From positions 85,250,001 to 85,314,000 of the forward strand of contig NC_043001.1 of the NCBI RefSeq assembly GCF_006345805.1: a stretch of 64,000 nucleotides of DNA, given 5' to 3'. The number at the start of each line of letters is the position of its first letter. Position 1 is the first letter of the stretch. Both the position numbers and the translations under genes were made by a program. Source of the stretch: Octopus sinensis. Taxonomy: Eukaryota. Positions 1-12,178 of this stretch are shown here, piece by piece. The notes below the pieces were generated by a model that saw nothing but the letters and a program-made list of their open reading frames with translations, did no database searches and was not told the origin of the DNA.

Positions 1-945
1 CTTTTCTGATTTCTTATCGGTGGGCAGGTGTGGTCGCCGTTTGTCATACAGGATATTCCGCAGTTCGTCCTATTGACGGAACTATATTCCTGGATCAAGC
101 TTAGACTCAAAAAGGGCGATTGGCACCTGGAGTATCATCAAGTGCTCACAGCTTTCTGCTACTCAGGCAAAGTGTTCAGTGGATATTCCACCATGGAGTA
201 CTCTAGGGGATTAATGAAGGGAAAGAGTGACGACATCATCGTGGAAACTCTGGGCATCGACAGGGATCAATAAACTGGTCTTTTCCGGACGACGTTCGGG
301 TCCAGGCCTATAAATAACTTCCAGGAATCTCTGACGTGGCAGTGCAACCGGGGTGCTCTACCGGTCCGAGACAAGCTATAGAGACACGGAAATTCTATCA
401 GACTGACCTGTACAGGTGTATGCAGCCAGATGAAACCGTCCTGTACGCATTCGTCCAATGTCCGTCCTTTACTGATTTGTGGAGCTTTTTCGAACAGCTG
501 TTGTCGTATGTAGGACAGATCTAGTTATAACCCGAGTCTATCGAGAAGATCGCTCCATCACCTTCCGCTGGCCGGGAAGGGAAGGCAGTTTTCCTCTGTC
601 TAGGGGCTATTGCGAAGGAGGTAGTGTTACGGACGAGATTGAATGTACTGAAGACATGTACTTACCTCATCGACCTTTTCAAGTTCCACTTGATAAGAAA
701 AGTGAGAGTAGAGAGGGAAGTTCATCACCGACCCCCACACTCACCAGTAGGGTGGGTGAATGTGGCGAGGATGGCCCGGGCGAATGAGCTTATTCTGCAC
801 TTTCGTTTGTAAACGTGAGAAGCTGTGAGAGGCGCCAGCTGAGATGCATCTGGCGGTGGGATTAACCAGAATATGTGGGGTTCCTCGGTTGTCCCTGTGA
901 GGAATTCCCCCTTTTGAGGAATTTAATTGTTTAATTGTATTGCTA
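1..945 (+). mobile_element. Decayed L1/Tx1-clade LINE, ORF2 C-terminus (zinc-binding zf-RVT region) and 3' UTR
   Basis: Frameshifted translation WQCNRGALPVRDKL*RHG...TC/RCMQPDETVLYAFVQC...LW matches the W..(r)gaLpv...CxxC...ETxxHxxxxC pattern; stops and frameshifts present. Confidence 0.75.
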
Positions 946-952
946 CTCTTTT

Positions 953-1374
953 AAACTCCCTTTTACTTGTTTCAGTCATTTGACTGTGTCCACGCCGGGG
1001 CACCGCTTTTAGTCTAGCAAATCGACCCCAGGACTTATTCTTTGTAAGCCTAGTACTTATTCTATCGGTCGCTTTGCCAAACCGCTAAGTTACGGGGACG
1101 TAAACATACCAGCATCGGTTGTGAAGCGATGTTGGGGGGACAAACACGCACAAACATACACACACACACACTCACACACACTCACACACATATATATACA
1201 TACATATATACGACGGGCTTCTTTCAGTTTCCGTCTACCAAATCTACTCAGAAGGCTTTGGTCGGGCCGAGGCTAAACTAGAAGACAGTTGCCCAAGGTG
1301 CCACGTAGTGGGACTGAACCTGGAATCACGTGGTTGGTTAGCAAGCTACTTACCACACAGCCACTCCTACGCCT
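953..1374 (-). mobile_element. tRNA-derived SINE family 1 (internal CA/TA microsatellite)
   Basis: Minus-strand head GGCGTAGGAGTGGCTGTGTGGTAAG...GGTTCAGTCCC (A/B boxes); related copies near 5030-5425(-), 17060-17220(-), 17995-18130(-), 26005-26445(+), 29860-30280(+), 39430-39690(-), 42100-42470(+), 56280-56395(-), 58450-58755(+), 62015-62485(-). Confidence 0.85.
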
Positions 1375-1912
1375 ATGTTGTTATTGTTATTTTATTGTTT
1401 ACTCGATTTTTGTGTTAAACCCCAAGTGTCAGTAGTTTTGTACGCTCTATTTATCTTGTATTCGGCCGTTGTGCCCATTAAACAAATGATTACTATTATT
1501 ATTACTAGCAGGACTCGTGAATATTTCACGGAATTAATGGTAAACTTATTGCATTATTTCTGAAAGCACAGCCTATGTTGTCTCTGTATCAAAAGATAGT
1601 CGCTCATCTGCTAATTATTGAAAACTGAAGGAAATTGAAATACGATGATTATTTAATGCACTTTATATATACAATTTATATACTTGATTTATATACTTTA
1701 TTTATATACTCTCACTCTTAGCCTTACCCTCTTTTTTGCCTCCTTTTTCTTTCGCCTTTCCCTTCAACTATCGTGAAAGCGTTATAGGTAAGCTAAATAA
1801 CGAAGAACACCTTAGTTCAAAAGAAAATTACGCATTTCACCCACCACTTCTCCTTCTCCTCACCTCCCCTCCTCTCCCGGTCCCATTCCTCCCCTCCATC
1901 CACCTTCAACTA

Positions 1913-1928
1913 ATCATCATCATCATCA

Positions 1929-1983
<55 letters not shown>

Positions 1984-2009
1984 CATCGTTGTTTTTGTTG
2001 TTGTTGTTG

Positions 2010-2054
<45 letters not shown>

Positions 2055-2152
2055 TATCATCGTTGTTTTTGTTGTTGTTGTTGTTATTATTATTATTATT
2101 ATTATTTATTATTATTATTATTTATTATTATCATCGTTGTTTTGTGTTGTTG

Positions 2153-2207
<55 letters not shown>

Positions 2208-2227
2208 CATCGTTGTTTTTGTTGTTG

Positions 2228-2285
<58 letters not shown>

Positions 2286-2286
2286 C
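1913..2286. repeat. Compound (ATC/ATT/GTT)n microsatellite with higher-order block repeats
   Basis: Recurring blocks atcatcgttgttttt(gtt)n(att)n. Confidence 0.95.
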
Positions 2287-2603
2287 AACGCTGTGAGCTG
2301 GTAGAATCGTTAACGAGACTCACGAGATTGTCAGTTGCACTATACCCGTCTTTAAGTTCAGAGTTCAAATTCCACCGTGGTTGACTTGCTTCTTTGTCCC
2401 ATAGGCGTCGATAAAATTAGTGCCAGCTATGCCTTGGTTCGATGTATTCACCAATGTTTTCCACCCTTTCTCCAAAACATCACCCTTTTCCAATAGTAGA
2501 AAGAATTATTTATTTCATTGCACAGTATAGGTACAATGCACTGCTTTTTTTTTACATTATTTACTCTATTTATATTTGACGGAAGTTTTCCCGCATCTTG
2601 TTT

Positions 2604-2640
2604 GTTTCGGCTGATATACCCTCCAGCCTTCATCAGGTGT
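2604..2640 (-). ncRNA. Partial hammerhead ribozyme motif (Penelope pLTR type)
   Basis: Minus strand: acac CUGAUGA A GGCUG gaggguauau CAGCC GAAAC; no stem III or NUH site follows. Confidence 0.55.
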
Positions 2641-2749
2641 CTTGGGGAAATGTCGAACCTGGGTTCTCATTCCTAAGGCACTTTTCGATGTTGCGGTTTC
2701 TTTGTTGTAGTTGTTGTTATTAATATTATTATTATTATTGTTATTATTG

Positions 2750-3300
2750 AGTGAGAGAGCAGTGCAAGCCATCAAAGTGACACTGGGGTAAAATATACGA
2801 AGCCCAGTATACCCATCATGACTATCCGTCTGATAAGGGTACACTAGGCACATGCATCACAGCCATGTGTGCGCGACATAGTGATCTCATCTCAAGGTAA
2901 ACAGCACATGATCTTGCAGGTGAGGCCCAGTTAGAATTTTCTTCTGGTCGAGTAGCCCATCCTGCTCAAAAGATCCCTGAATAAGGGTTGTTTAAGTAGG
3001 TTGAACGAAACGCCCATGTTTCCAGAGGTGAATTATTCAAATCCCAAAGAATCCCTCTCAACACATGACTATGATGCTCCCCCACTACTTCTGCTCGTGA
3101 TCAGAGATGCACATATCTTCAGCCACTGAGGAACATGCTTAACTGGTTAAGTCCAAACAACTGACAAGCAAGTCTGTAGTATTGAGCAGAATATTTGCTG
3201 TAGCCCATCTGTTATACCAAGACAATGTACATGATAACACTTCTAATCAATTAAGATCAGAAGCCACGAGAGCCACTGCCTGGTACTGCATCAGGGCTTT
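2750..3300. mobile_element. Unclassified interspersed-repeat-like segment bounded by (ATT)n tracts
   Basis: Higher-GC island between two ATT microsatellites; resembles an Octopus repeat from memory, class not determined. Confidence 0.4.
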
Positions 3301-3304
3301 ATTA

Positions 3305-3357
<53 letters not shown>

Positions 3358-3413
3358 TATCATTATTATCATCATCATCATCATTATCATCATCATCATT
3401 ATCATCATCATCA

Positions 3414-3482
<69 letters not shown>

Positions 3483-4340
3483 TCACTACCTGGAACCAAA
3501 CTCAGAACGTTGGGGTTCGTAGCCCGCGCTCTTAACCACTACGGCATATCTTCTTTTTCCTTTTTTTTTCATCTATATATATATATATATTGTCAAGCTT
3601 TAATAATATGTCTTAGACACAACGTACCTTTCTACAAACATAATTATATAAACTATTCTATTAAGGTCAGATTTGGGGAGCAGTCGCATTGCTGTCTTGA
3701 TGGCCAACCTCACAACATAGTAGAATTTTGGAGCAGAATAAATCAATTAATCTTTGATAACTGGTACGACGTATACTTTAGCAGCTGTGCGTCACCACTT
3801 CATATTTCATTTTCTGATACAGGAACATTTCGAATTGATTTCAACTACGTTATCTGCAGCGTATTTCTTATGAAGGAAATGTATCATTTTGAATGAGGCA
3901 TTCTCTTTTTTATGCCTCAACTAATTATATCTCATCCACGGTGCATAGTCGTTCTGTCTGTTTAAATTTCGGTATCTTATGAAAGATTGGTTTAAGTTTT
4001 CATCTGGTACCAATTATCTGAGGTGTTATATCAATTTCTTTCTTTCTTTTTTTTTTTTTTGCAAATTGTTCTGTGTAAATTGAGACATCTCTTACCATCA
4101 CGTCACTTGTAATTCTGAGCAAACATTTTGCAGCTTTCTACAATGTTCTCTATACATTCTCCTAGTTGATTACATTGACGGTATTTGTTCCTAGAACGGT
4201 GGAATGAACAGCCTTGTTTACTGAACTAATAGTTTGGAGCTTAAACTTGAGTACCTACCTGCATATTTCAGTATCTCTCTTTAAATCTTAAATCTGGTTC
4301 CACATTCATTATGATACATGAAATTTCCTTTCTGTTGACT

Positions 4341-4690
4341 CATCATGATGATCATCATGATAATCATCATGATCATCATCATTATCATCATCCTCCTCCT
4401 CATCACCATCATTATCGTTACTATAATCTTCATGATCGTCATCGACTTCGTCGTAGTCACTAACATCTTCATCATCATCATCATCATCATCATCAACATC
4501 AACATCATCATCCTCCTCCTCCTCCTCCTCATCATCATCTTCATCATCTTCATCATCATCATCATCATCATCATCATATCATGATCATCATGATCATCAT
4601 GATCATCATGATCATGATCATGATCATCATGATCATCATCATCATAATCGTCATCATCATTATCATCATCATCATTATCATCTTCGTCAC
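4341..4690. repeat. Degenerate (CAT)n microsatellite
   Basis: Direct reading. Confidence 0.95.
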
Positions 4691-4777
4691 CTTCCATTAA
4701 TTGTGTCATCAGTAAATGTTATTGAATATTCTAACAGAAATAATTTTAAACTGTTTTGATTTTGCTCCTATTTTTAG

Positions 4778-4873
4778 TGATGCCGTGTAGTATGATGCCA
4801 GTTCTTGAATTTGATGATGGAACAAAAATTCCACAAAGCATGGCTATGGCTAGATTTCTTGCAACAGAATATG
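4778..4873 (+). CDS. S-crystallin A exon 2 (GST N-domain, PxL and QS motifs)
   Basis: tttttag|TG ATG CCG...GAA TAT G|gtaaag; [32 protein letters not shown]; 96 nt, same size and phase as gene B exon 2. Confidence 0.95.
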
Positions 4874-5422
4874 GTAAAGTAATTATTTTTAATTTGTATT
4901 TTTTCAATTCAATTAAACAGCATTCTTAAACAGGTTAATATCTGCGTCGTCGTTCGTTCTGTTAGCAAATGGCAAGCAAATATACTGCATAAAACGTTGC
5001 ATAATAGTTTTTATTCTTTCATTATTATACATATTTTAGTCATTTGACTGCGGTCATGCTGGAGCACCGACTTAAAGGGTTTTTAGACAAAGAACTCGAA
5101 GCCGGCGCTTATTCTTAGTAGGCCTACAACTTATTTTATCGGTATCTTTATAAGTTATGGAGGCATAAACACACAAGCATCGATTGTCAAGTAACGGTGG
5201 GTGTGACAAACAAAGACGCACGCACGTGCATACACATACACACAGACATGCAAATACGATGGCTTCTTTCAGTTTCCGTCTACCAGATCCACTCATAAGG
5301 CTTTGGTCGGCCCGACGCTCTAGCAGAAGGCTCTTGACCAATGTTTCACGCACGCAGTGTGCCTCAACCCGGAACGATGTTTTCGGGAAGCAAGATTCTT
5401 ACCACTCAGCCATCGCTACGCC

Positions 5423-5463
<41 letters not shown>

Positions 5464-5504
5464 ACAAATGAATAACGGAAAATGTAATATACGAGACGTT
5501 TTAT

Positions 5505-5618
5505 CATTAATCCCGACAAGTGTTTCGACACATCTGGCATCGACCCCTTATGGGTGGGACACTTAACAACTGGTTCAGTAGTATCCGGTGGTGCAGATAT
5601 GTCTCATCGGGTGATAAT
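5505..5618 (-). ncRNA. Type I hammerhead ribozyme motif with extended stem II
   Basis: Minus: auuaucac CCGAUGA GACAUAUCUGCA...UGCCAGAUGUGUC GAAAC acuu GUC gggauuaau; lies 3' of the Penelope GIY-YIG remnant on the same strand. Confidence 0.7.
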
Positions 5619-6019
5619 AGATGCAACTCGTCAAAAAACAGTTCTGCAATGTATCTTCTTATTTCGCAGAAAGAAGAGCAGGAAAACGAAATATATTTTA
5701 TATAGGTTAAAAATATAATTACACATGCCAAAAAGATACAAACACGCAATATAAAGAGAAAGCATTAAAAATAACGTTAACAGATATGGATGTAGAAATG
5801 CTCTATCGCAAGTTGCATGGCACGTGCACACTTGCTCATAGAAGCATCCACGAAAATGGAAGCATACGTACACGTATGGTTTAGTGCAATCACTATCACA
5901 ATGGGAGCAAAAGTAGCTACTTGGTGTTTATAAGAATGGGGAGGTTAACGCTAAACTTAATTTAGCCATACGTTAAAGCAAATTATATTAACAATTATTC
6001 AAATTCATTCCGACTGCAT

Positions 6020-6400
6020 TGTTCGAAAGCATATTTACATGCGTGTAGAAATTCTATTAATGATCTTCTCATTACTCCACAGAATAGACAGGGATTCCTC
6101 GGAGCAGAGTCGGCATCTGGAAATGATATTTTATGGTTTGCCTGCCTTACTAAGGATCAAGTTATGTTGTACTTAATTTTATCTTCCTTCAGTCGCCATA
6201 CAAAATCGGCCAAAGATGTTGAACGTCTCTTATTGGTTCAGTTGAAGCTGGTGACATGGTCGAGACATCGATTCTTAAATGAATCAGCCGTCTGCATAAT
6301 GTAGACATACGACCCTCCGCTTCTGTGCACGAAACATTTATATACAAGATTTGTACTCATACAGAGGTTCATCAATGGGCATTTTCATTTTTGTATACAT
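6020..6400 (-). mobile_element. Penelope-like element remnant, GIY-YIG endonuclease
   Basis: Minus translation KCPLMNLCMSTNLVYKCFVHRSGGSYVYIMQTADSFKNRCLDHVTSFN*TNKRRSTSLADFVWRLKEDKIKYNIT...CRLCSEESLSIL. Confidence 0.8.
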
Positions 6401-6429
6401 CAGCATTTATCATATGTGTGTGTGTGTGT

Positions 6430-7420
6430 GCGGTGTCGGAGACATCGAAGGGCCGAGAGTGCGGTTGGGGAGATGTTCAGATGTTGGGAACGCCTGGAAA
6501 TGTTAAACCGATCCACAGCGCGCTGGCAGACGCCCGCAAAAAGATCGACTGCTTGGAACTGGTTAGGAGCTGGCGTCCACTCATTAGATGTAGTGTCGTG
6601 GAATAGCGCACACAACCTAACACGAGGCACATGGCTGTGGTTATCGGAACGAGTCCGAAATTCGTTGCAAGATGGAATGAGGGGGATGAAGCGCAGGCCC
6701 CTACTGAGGATGGTAACAACAGACTGAAGTGGAGAAGGGGTGGATGGGACAGAAGTGGGAGGTGTGGTGGGGATAGTGGAAGGCTGGGAGAGGGGGGATT
6801 AGGGATAGGCTTGGGGTTGGAGTCACAGGAGTGGTGGTGAGGATGGGGAAGTGTATGAGAGAGGGTGTAGGAGAGGAGTTGGGATATTGGCATCGTGTGT
6901 GATGGAATGGAGGATGACTGGAGTTTACGTTGTTTGGTGTGAACGAGAAATTCATGAAAGAGATGATTGAAATGGGTTATGTAACGTAAATTGGAGTTTG
7001 CATGGGAGGGCGACTGAGAGGAGAAGATGGAAAAAGCAAGAGGGAGAAGGCGGTCGATGGTGTGTATTTTGGAGAGATTAGAACGAATGGTGGAGCGCAT
7101 AAGGCGGTAGGAAGTAGTACGGAGTATGGGTAGGATGATTGAAGCAGAGTGGAGAGCGGGATAGAAATGGAGGCGGAAACTTTTGGGGATGAGGCGGTGA
7201 TGAAGGCAGCGACTGAGAAAGGAAACGTGGCTAGAGAAGCGTGTTTTTTTGGAAAATCAGCAGGGAAATATTAATAGAAGGTTGAAAGTAGCAGAAAGCA
7301 GGTGTGGAAATGTGCTTTTTATAGGCGGTGATGATGGTGGAGGAGGAAAGGTTTATAATCGGGCATGATTGAAAGACGAGAACAGAAAGAAAGGAGAAAA
7401 AAGAGAAAAAATGGGGTAGT
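6430..7420 (-). mobile_element. Penelope-like element remnant, 5' region / N-terminal ORF ending just before the RT domain
   Basis: HVSFLSRCLHHRLIPKSFRLHF and ...NISPTALSALRCLRHRT, which normally precedes the IKPADKG motif of PLE RTs; truncated at (CA)n. Confidence 0.7.
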
Positions 7421-7563
7421 CGTACACAACACTTATATATTCATGCATGTACATACACACACGTATTTTAACTTGCATATTACAATACCAAATGCTGGAC
7501 TAAATTAATTTGAACATTTCTTTATCTATTCTTTCCTTTCTCAAAATATTTGTCTCCGTATAG

Positions 7564-7679
7564 GTTTCCATGGTAACACAAATATGGAGAAACTTCGAGT
7601 GGATTATATATCGGAATGTTTCTACGATATCCTCGATGACTACCTTAGGATGTACCACGATGAGCATGGCAGAATGAGG
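7564..7679 (+). CDS. S-crystallin A exon 3
   Basis: cgtatag|GT TTC CAT...ATG AGG|gtttgt; FHGNTNMEKLRVDYISECFYDILDDYLRMYHDEHGRMR; 116 nt as in gene B. Confidence 0.95.
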
Positions 7680-7884
7680 GTTTGTTAATCCTTTAATGTA
7701 TTCATGTATTCATCCATTCATCTTCACTGCTTGTTATTCCTGGGTGGATGGGGTTCGTGAATGCAGACTCCGAAGCAACCATCATCAGTTGAAATCCATC
7801 ATTAGCCGAATTCCTAAGCGTTACCACCTGAGGCTATGGATATTATCGAATCACCTCGTTCTTGGTTTACTCCTACGTCTCCTG

Positions 7885-8135
7885 TGGAGGCGCGTGGTTT
7901 AGTGGTTAGGAAGTTGGACTCATTATCGTACGATTGTGGTTTCCCGAGCAGCGTCTTGTGCTCTTGAGAAAAATACTTCATTTCGCGTTGCGCTGGTCAA
8001 CTCAGCTGGCAACAATCAATAATCCTGCGACGGATCGGCGTTTCGTTGTGGGGGAAATTCATACGCCATGGAAACCGGAAAGCCGGCCCTTAAGAATCGT
8101 CAAGTCTCGAGAAGGTAATTTTACCCACTTTACCT
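7885..8135 (+). mobile_element. tRNA-derived SINE family 3
   Basis: GGAGGCGCGTGGTTTAGTGGTTAGG head; relatives at about 37520-37660, 49745-50065 and 50185-50380 share GTGTCCTTGAGCAAGACACTT-like and CACTCAGCTGGCAA blocks. Confidence 0.75.
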
Positions 8136-9172
8136 AGATCTCCTGCCTGAAGGTTTGCCATGAAGAATCCGTTTTGCAATTCTTTCCCGCAACATTCTGA
8201 TCCTAAGCCCTATTAGTGACTCGACCTGGGAAAATTACCTGATCTCCGAGTTACACACCTTGTCAAGTAACGTTACTCCAGAATTCCACTTAATCAGTCA
8301 ATACCGTATGAAATACAGTTCGTAATTTGAACTGTCATCTAACAGTAGCTCTCTTCTTAGGTCTTAGCCGAGGTCGACTTTGCCTTTCATCCTTTCGGGG
8401 TCGATAAATTAAGTACCAGTTACGCACTGGGGTCGATGTAATCGACTTAATCCATTTGTCTGTCCTTGTTTGTTCCTTCTGCGTTTATCCCCTTGTGGGT
8501 AGTAAAGAAATAGGCAGCTTTCTTCTTAGAATCATTGTAATTCGTGAGAGAGTAAAATGTCACCGTATGTTCAACAGAATCGGCAGGTCAGTTTTGGTGT
8601 TTTTCTTGAAATATATCTAGATATGTGTAAATATGGTTGAAATATCTTTACAAGAATTACAAACGTTATTTCGTTATTTCTTTTTTGCGTATTGTTTACA
8701 CATTTGAAGGCGCAAGAATGCGGCTGTATGGCAAGAAATTTGCATCCCAATCACAGTCGCAGTGTGTAGCACCTTATGTTTTCTACTTCATGATATGACA
8801 TCCACATACTGAACAATACTTAAGTTATTAGTGCCATTGTTTCTTTATGTATTTTGCAAGGCACGTTTGCTGCCACGATTTGTCACTGATGATGGATAGT
8901 CACGCAATACACATTTTATGCTGTCTTTCTCGAGCGTCATTTTCAAAGAATGTTAATAAAATAAAGAATTTTCCTTGAATTACTTGAGAGAATTGAAAAA
9001 CCGCAATCTACTATGTTATCACACTTTCTCGATGCTGTTAAAAGTTTCGCACGATATATTGTGAGCTTTTAGTTCTCTTAAGAACTACTGCAATGACTAC
9101 TTGTAGATCAATCTCAAATTTTCAAGATTCGATCTCACTTATCCATGAAAATCGCCTCTTAGATATTATTTT

Positions 9173-9223
<51 letters not shown>

Positions 9224-9274
9224 CAGCAGCATCAGCAGTAGTAGTAGTATTAGTATTATTATTATTATTATTAT

Positions 9275-9311
<37 letters not shown>

Positions 9312-10325
9312 TGTTGTTGTTGTTGTTGTTATTGCAGGAGTAGTAATAGTTGCTATTTTTTTTAAACCCAAGGCCAACTATTTTGAAGAAACCACAATAC
9401 TTGACCTATACTGTATTTTATGAAGTAATGAAACGACATAGATTTCAGTGGTGTGGTTCTGAAACACAAACGAAAGGAAAGATTCTTGTTTTCCAGGAAA
9501 AATTGATGTTTCTTAACTTACCCAAACCATTGTGTTTCTTCATTGTATGCTATCATACAGGGTTTACCAATAGTCACCCGACAGTAAATCAAAACTTCAT
9601 GAATACTTAATATTCAGTTTTATTTATTCGTTTTAATTATGAATGCTTAATCATTGAATTTTTGAATTAAAATCACCATGTTGGGTTCTTTTCAACATTG
9701 TTTATTTATTAGCGAAGTCTCATACAAAATAATTTTTTTTAATTTTAATCTTCGAATTGAATGGTTCTGACTTATTGGCAAGTGAGTATTAGCCAACCAT
9801 GTATATACAAAACTATAACGCCATTGACCAGTTCAGAGAACATACAATCTTTCTCTCGTTTTTATATAGAAGAACATAAGCTCGCTACAAAATTACTACT
9901 TCCCTTTCTCTGTCCACTTTTTCGTTTAATCTCTTTCCCAAATTTGCTAGTTTGTTTTTACTTAATATGCTAAAAGCGACAAGTTCCTGATATGTTTTTT
10001 CATTAGCATGTTCTGTTTAGTGTTTACATGAACAAATAACACAATTCTGTTTATAACAGCCAAGATCGAAGTTATGTTTCTCTTCTGCAAATGTTTAACT
10101 ACTTTTGTTATGTTATTCACAAAATAAACAGACACTATATCATTCTCGATTATAAACAAACAAGGGAAACTTTACCTTCTCTGCAAATTAAAAAAAAATG
10201 AGAACTTATTTTTCTACTATATCATAAAGGTGTCTGAGCTCGTTTTGAAAGAGTGAACATATATTACATCTAATATATATATATATATATAAATCAAATA
10301 AGTAAGAACGATGTGAAGGTATTAA

Positions 10326-10411
10326 TGCAATACGATCGTTTCAGGCGGCTCCATTTAATCGAACAATGCAAGCATTACATCAATTTGAAATACATCGCCA
10401 TCTTCAGTTCA
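10326..10411 (-). ncRNA. Type I hammerhead motif, family X copy 1
   Basis: Minus: ugaa CUGAAGA uGGCG...CGCCu GAAAC gauc GUA uugca; palindromic stem III ACGAUCGU. Confidence 0.7.
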
Positions 10412-10582
10412 AAAAATATAGATTTCAACAGACAGGATATTCTAATATAAGTTTTTGCGAATATTTCATGAGAGCTACAGAATGAAAGCATTTCTTGCTG
10501 CCATTATTGTAGCAGAAATAAGCTAAGAGAGAATTTTGGAGTGGCAGAAATCTCTCTCTCTCTCTATCACACACACACACCG

Positions 10583-10670
<88 letters not shown>

Positions 10671-10809
10671 CATATATGTGTGTGTGTTAGAAATACCTAC
10701 ATTACTAGAAATAAGAGTCAAATATTCTAATGTTGCAATCAAATCACATAATTGTTTACATACAAGCTGACCGGGACCGTAACCTCCTGAAAAGCAATGG
10801 TGGCTATAT

Positions 10810-10862
10810 TCCCAGACAGATCGCTCAGTTACGGCTTTTATGCCGTAGCCTCTTCAGTGGGA
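10810..10862 (-). ncRNA. Type I hammerhead motif in a tandem unit of about 356 bp
   Basis: Minus: UCCCA CUGAAGA GGCU acggcauaaa AGCC GUAAC ugagcgaucu GUC UGGGA; perfect stems I and II, one core change (GAAA>GUAA). Confidence 0.7.
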
Positions 10863-11315
10863 TCAGCCCGACTCCTCTGTTCTCGGACGATGATCACTAC
10901 CTCCATATATGTTTACACCATTGAAATTAATGGATGATTTAGCGAATCGCTAATGTATTAACAAATAATTAATAAAGGCAGCAGTAAGTAATATCTACCG
11001 AAAATGAAAACTATAATCGTCATTCAATATGATTGAGGGTGTTAGAAACACCTACATTGTGAAAAGAATGAGCCCAGCGCCCTAATGCAGCAGTGAAAGA
11101 ACATAATTGTATGCATACATGCTGACAGTGACTGTAATCACCCGAAAAGCATGGGTTGAAATATTCCAAGACAGATCGGTCAGTTTTCAGTGCAGCATTA
11201 GAGCGTTCAGCTGTTATCTCTAGCAATGTAGGTCTTTTTAACACCCTCGGTCATATTTAATGATGGTTATACTTTTCCTTTTTGGTACACTTTGCTTAGT
11301 GCTGCCTTTATTAAT

Positions 11316-11400
<85 letters not shown>

Positions 11401-11514
11401 GTGTGCGTATGTGTGTTGTAGATGTTAAGGCGTTTCACACTACTGAATTTATGTTAAAAATACAAAAAGAAAATCATTTGCAAAATTTATAGTGGAAAAT
11501 AGTGAAGACGTATT

Positions 11515-11666
11515 TACGTTTTTACCTAAATATGTTTTTACCTAAAAATTACGTTTTTACCTAAATAAATTTCGCATTTATTTACGAATTTTTACGTTTT
11601 TACGTTTTTACCTAAAAATTACGTTTTTACCTAAAAATTACGTTTTTACCTAAATAAATTTCGCAT
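11515..11666. repeat. Minisatellite of about 20 bp, TTACGTTTTTACCTAAAAAT
   Basis: About six imperfect copies read directly. Confidence 0.85.
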
Positions 11667-12145
11667 ACTTCAAAGAGACGATTTAGTCATGCCGAAATAA
11701 AAGGTAAAAATTAAACTGAAATGATTTGAATGAAATTAATCATTCATAATATCAGTGGTTAGGAAATTTCACGCGTCTTATGAAAATCACATGATGCTGG
11801 TGATCCGCATTCTCCAGATTACTGCTGACCAAACGATTCGGGTTCCTTTGTATTTAGGGTGTCTCAATATTTCTAATCGTTTGTGTAAATCTGTTGTTAT
11901 AATGTTGTGCCCCTACTATAATAGGTACAAATGAAAATCTGATGCCTGATTATGAGAACTGTAGGTGTCTAATTATTCCTCCATTTATATTCTCCTTTCT
12001 CCAACTTTTGATCGGACGCTTCACCGAATAGCTAATCTTTTACTACGTGACTGTTATTCTCTGTTCCATAGTTGGTATATTGTGTATATTTAAATGCATG
12101 TTTGTGTATATATGTATGTATAAAATTATAACCTCTGTTTTTCAG

Positions 12146-12178
12146 TTTGAACAGTTTGGTGTCATGTCTAATGGAACA
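12146..12178 (+). CDS. S-crystallin A exon 4, 33-nt microexon (loop insertion)
   Basis: ctctgtttttcag|TTTGAACAGTTTGGTGTCATGTCTAATGGAACA|gtaagt; FEQFGVMSNGT; phase 0-0, strong splice sites, homologous position to the gene B microexon. Confidence 0.85.

Noticed and set aside
953-1374. tRNA genes suggested by A/B-box motifs
   Set aside because: The boxes belong to multi-copy SINE heads; no cloverleaf or acceptor stem
3600-4270. Possible decayed retroelement coding sequence (similar doubts at 12330-12800, 21480-22330 and 40500-40800)
   Set aside because: Only vague motif resemblance (CR1 tail, PLE N-terminus, GIY-YIG); not assignable without a profile search
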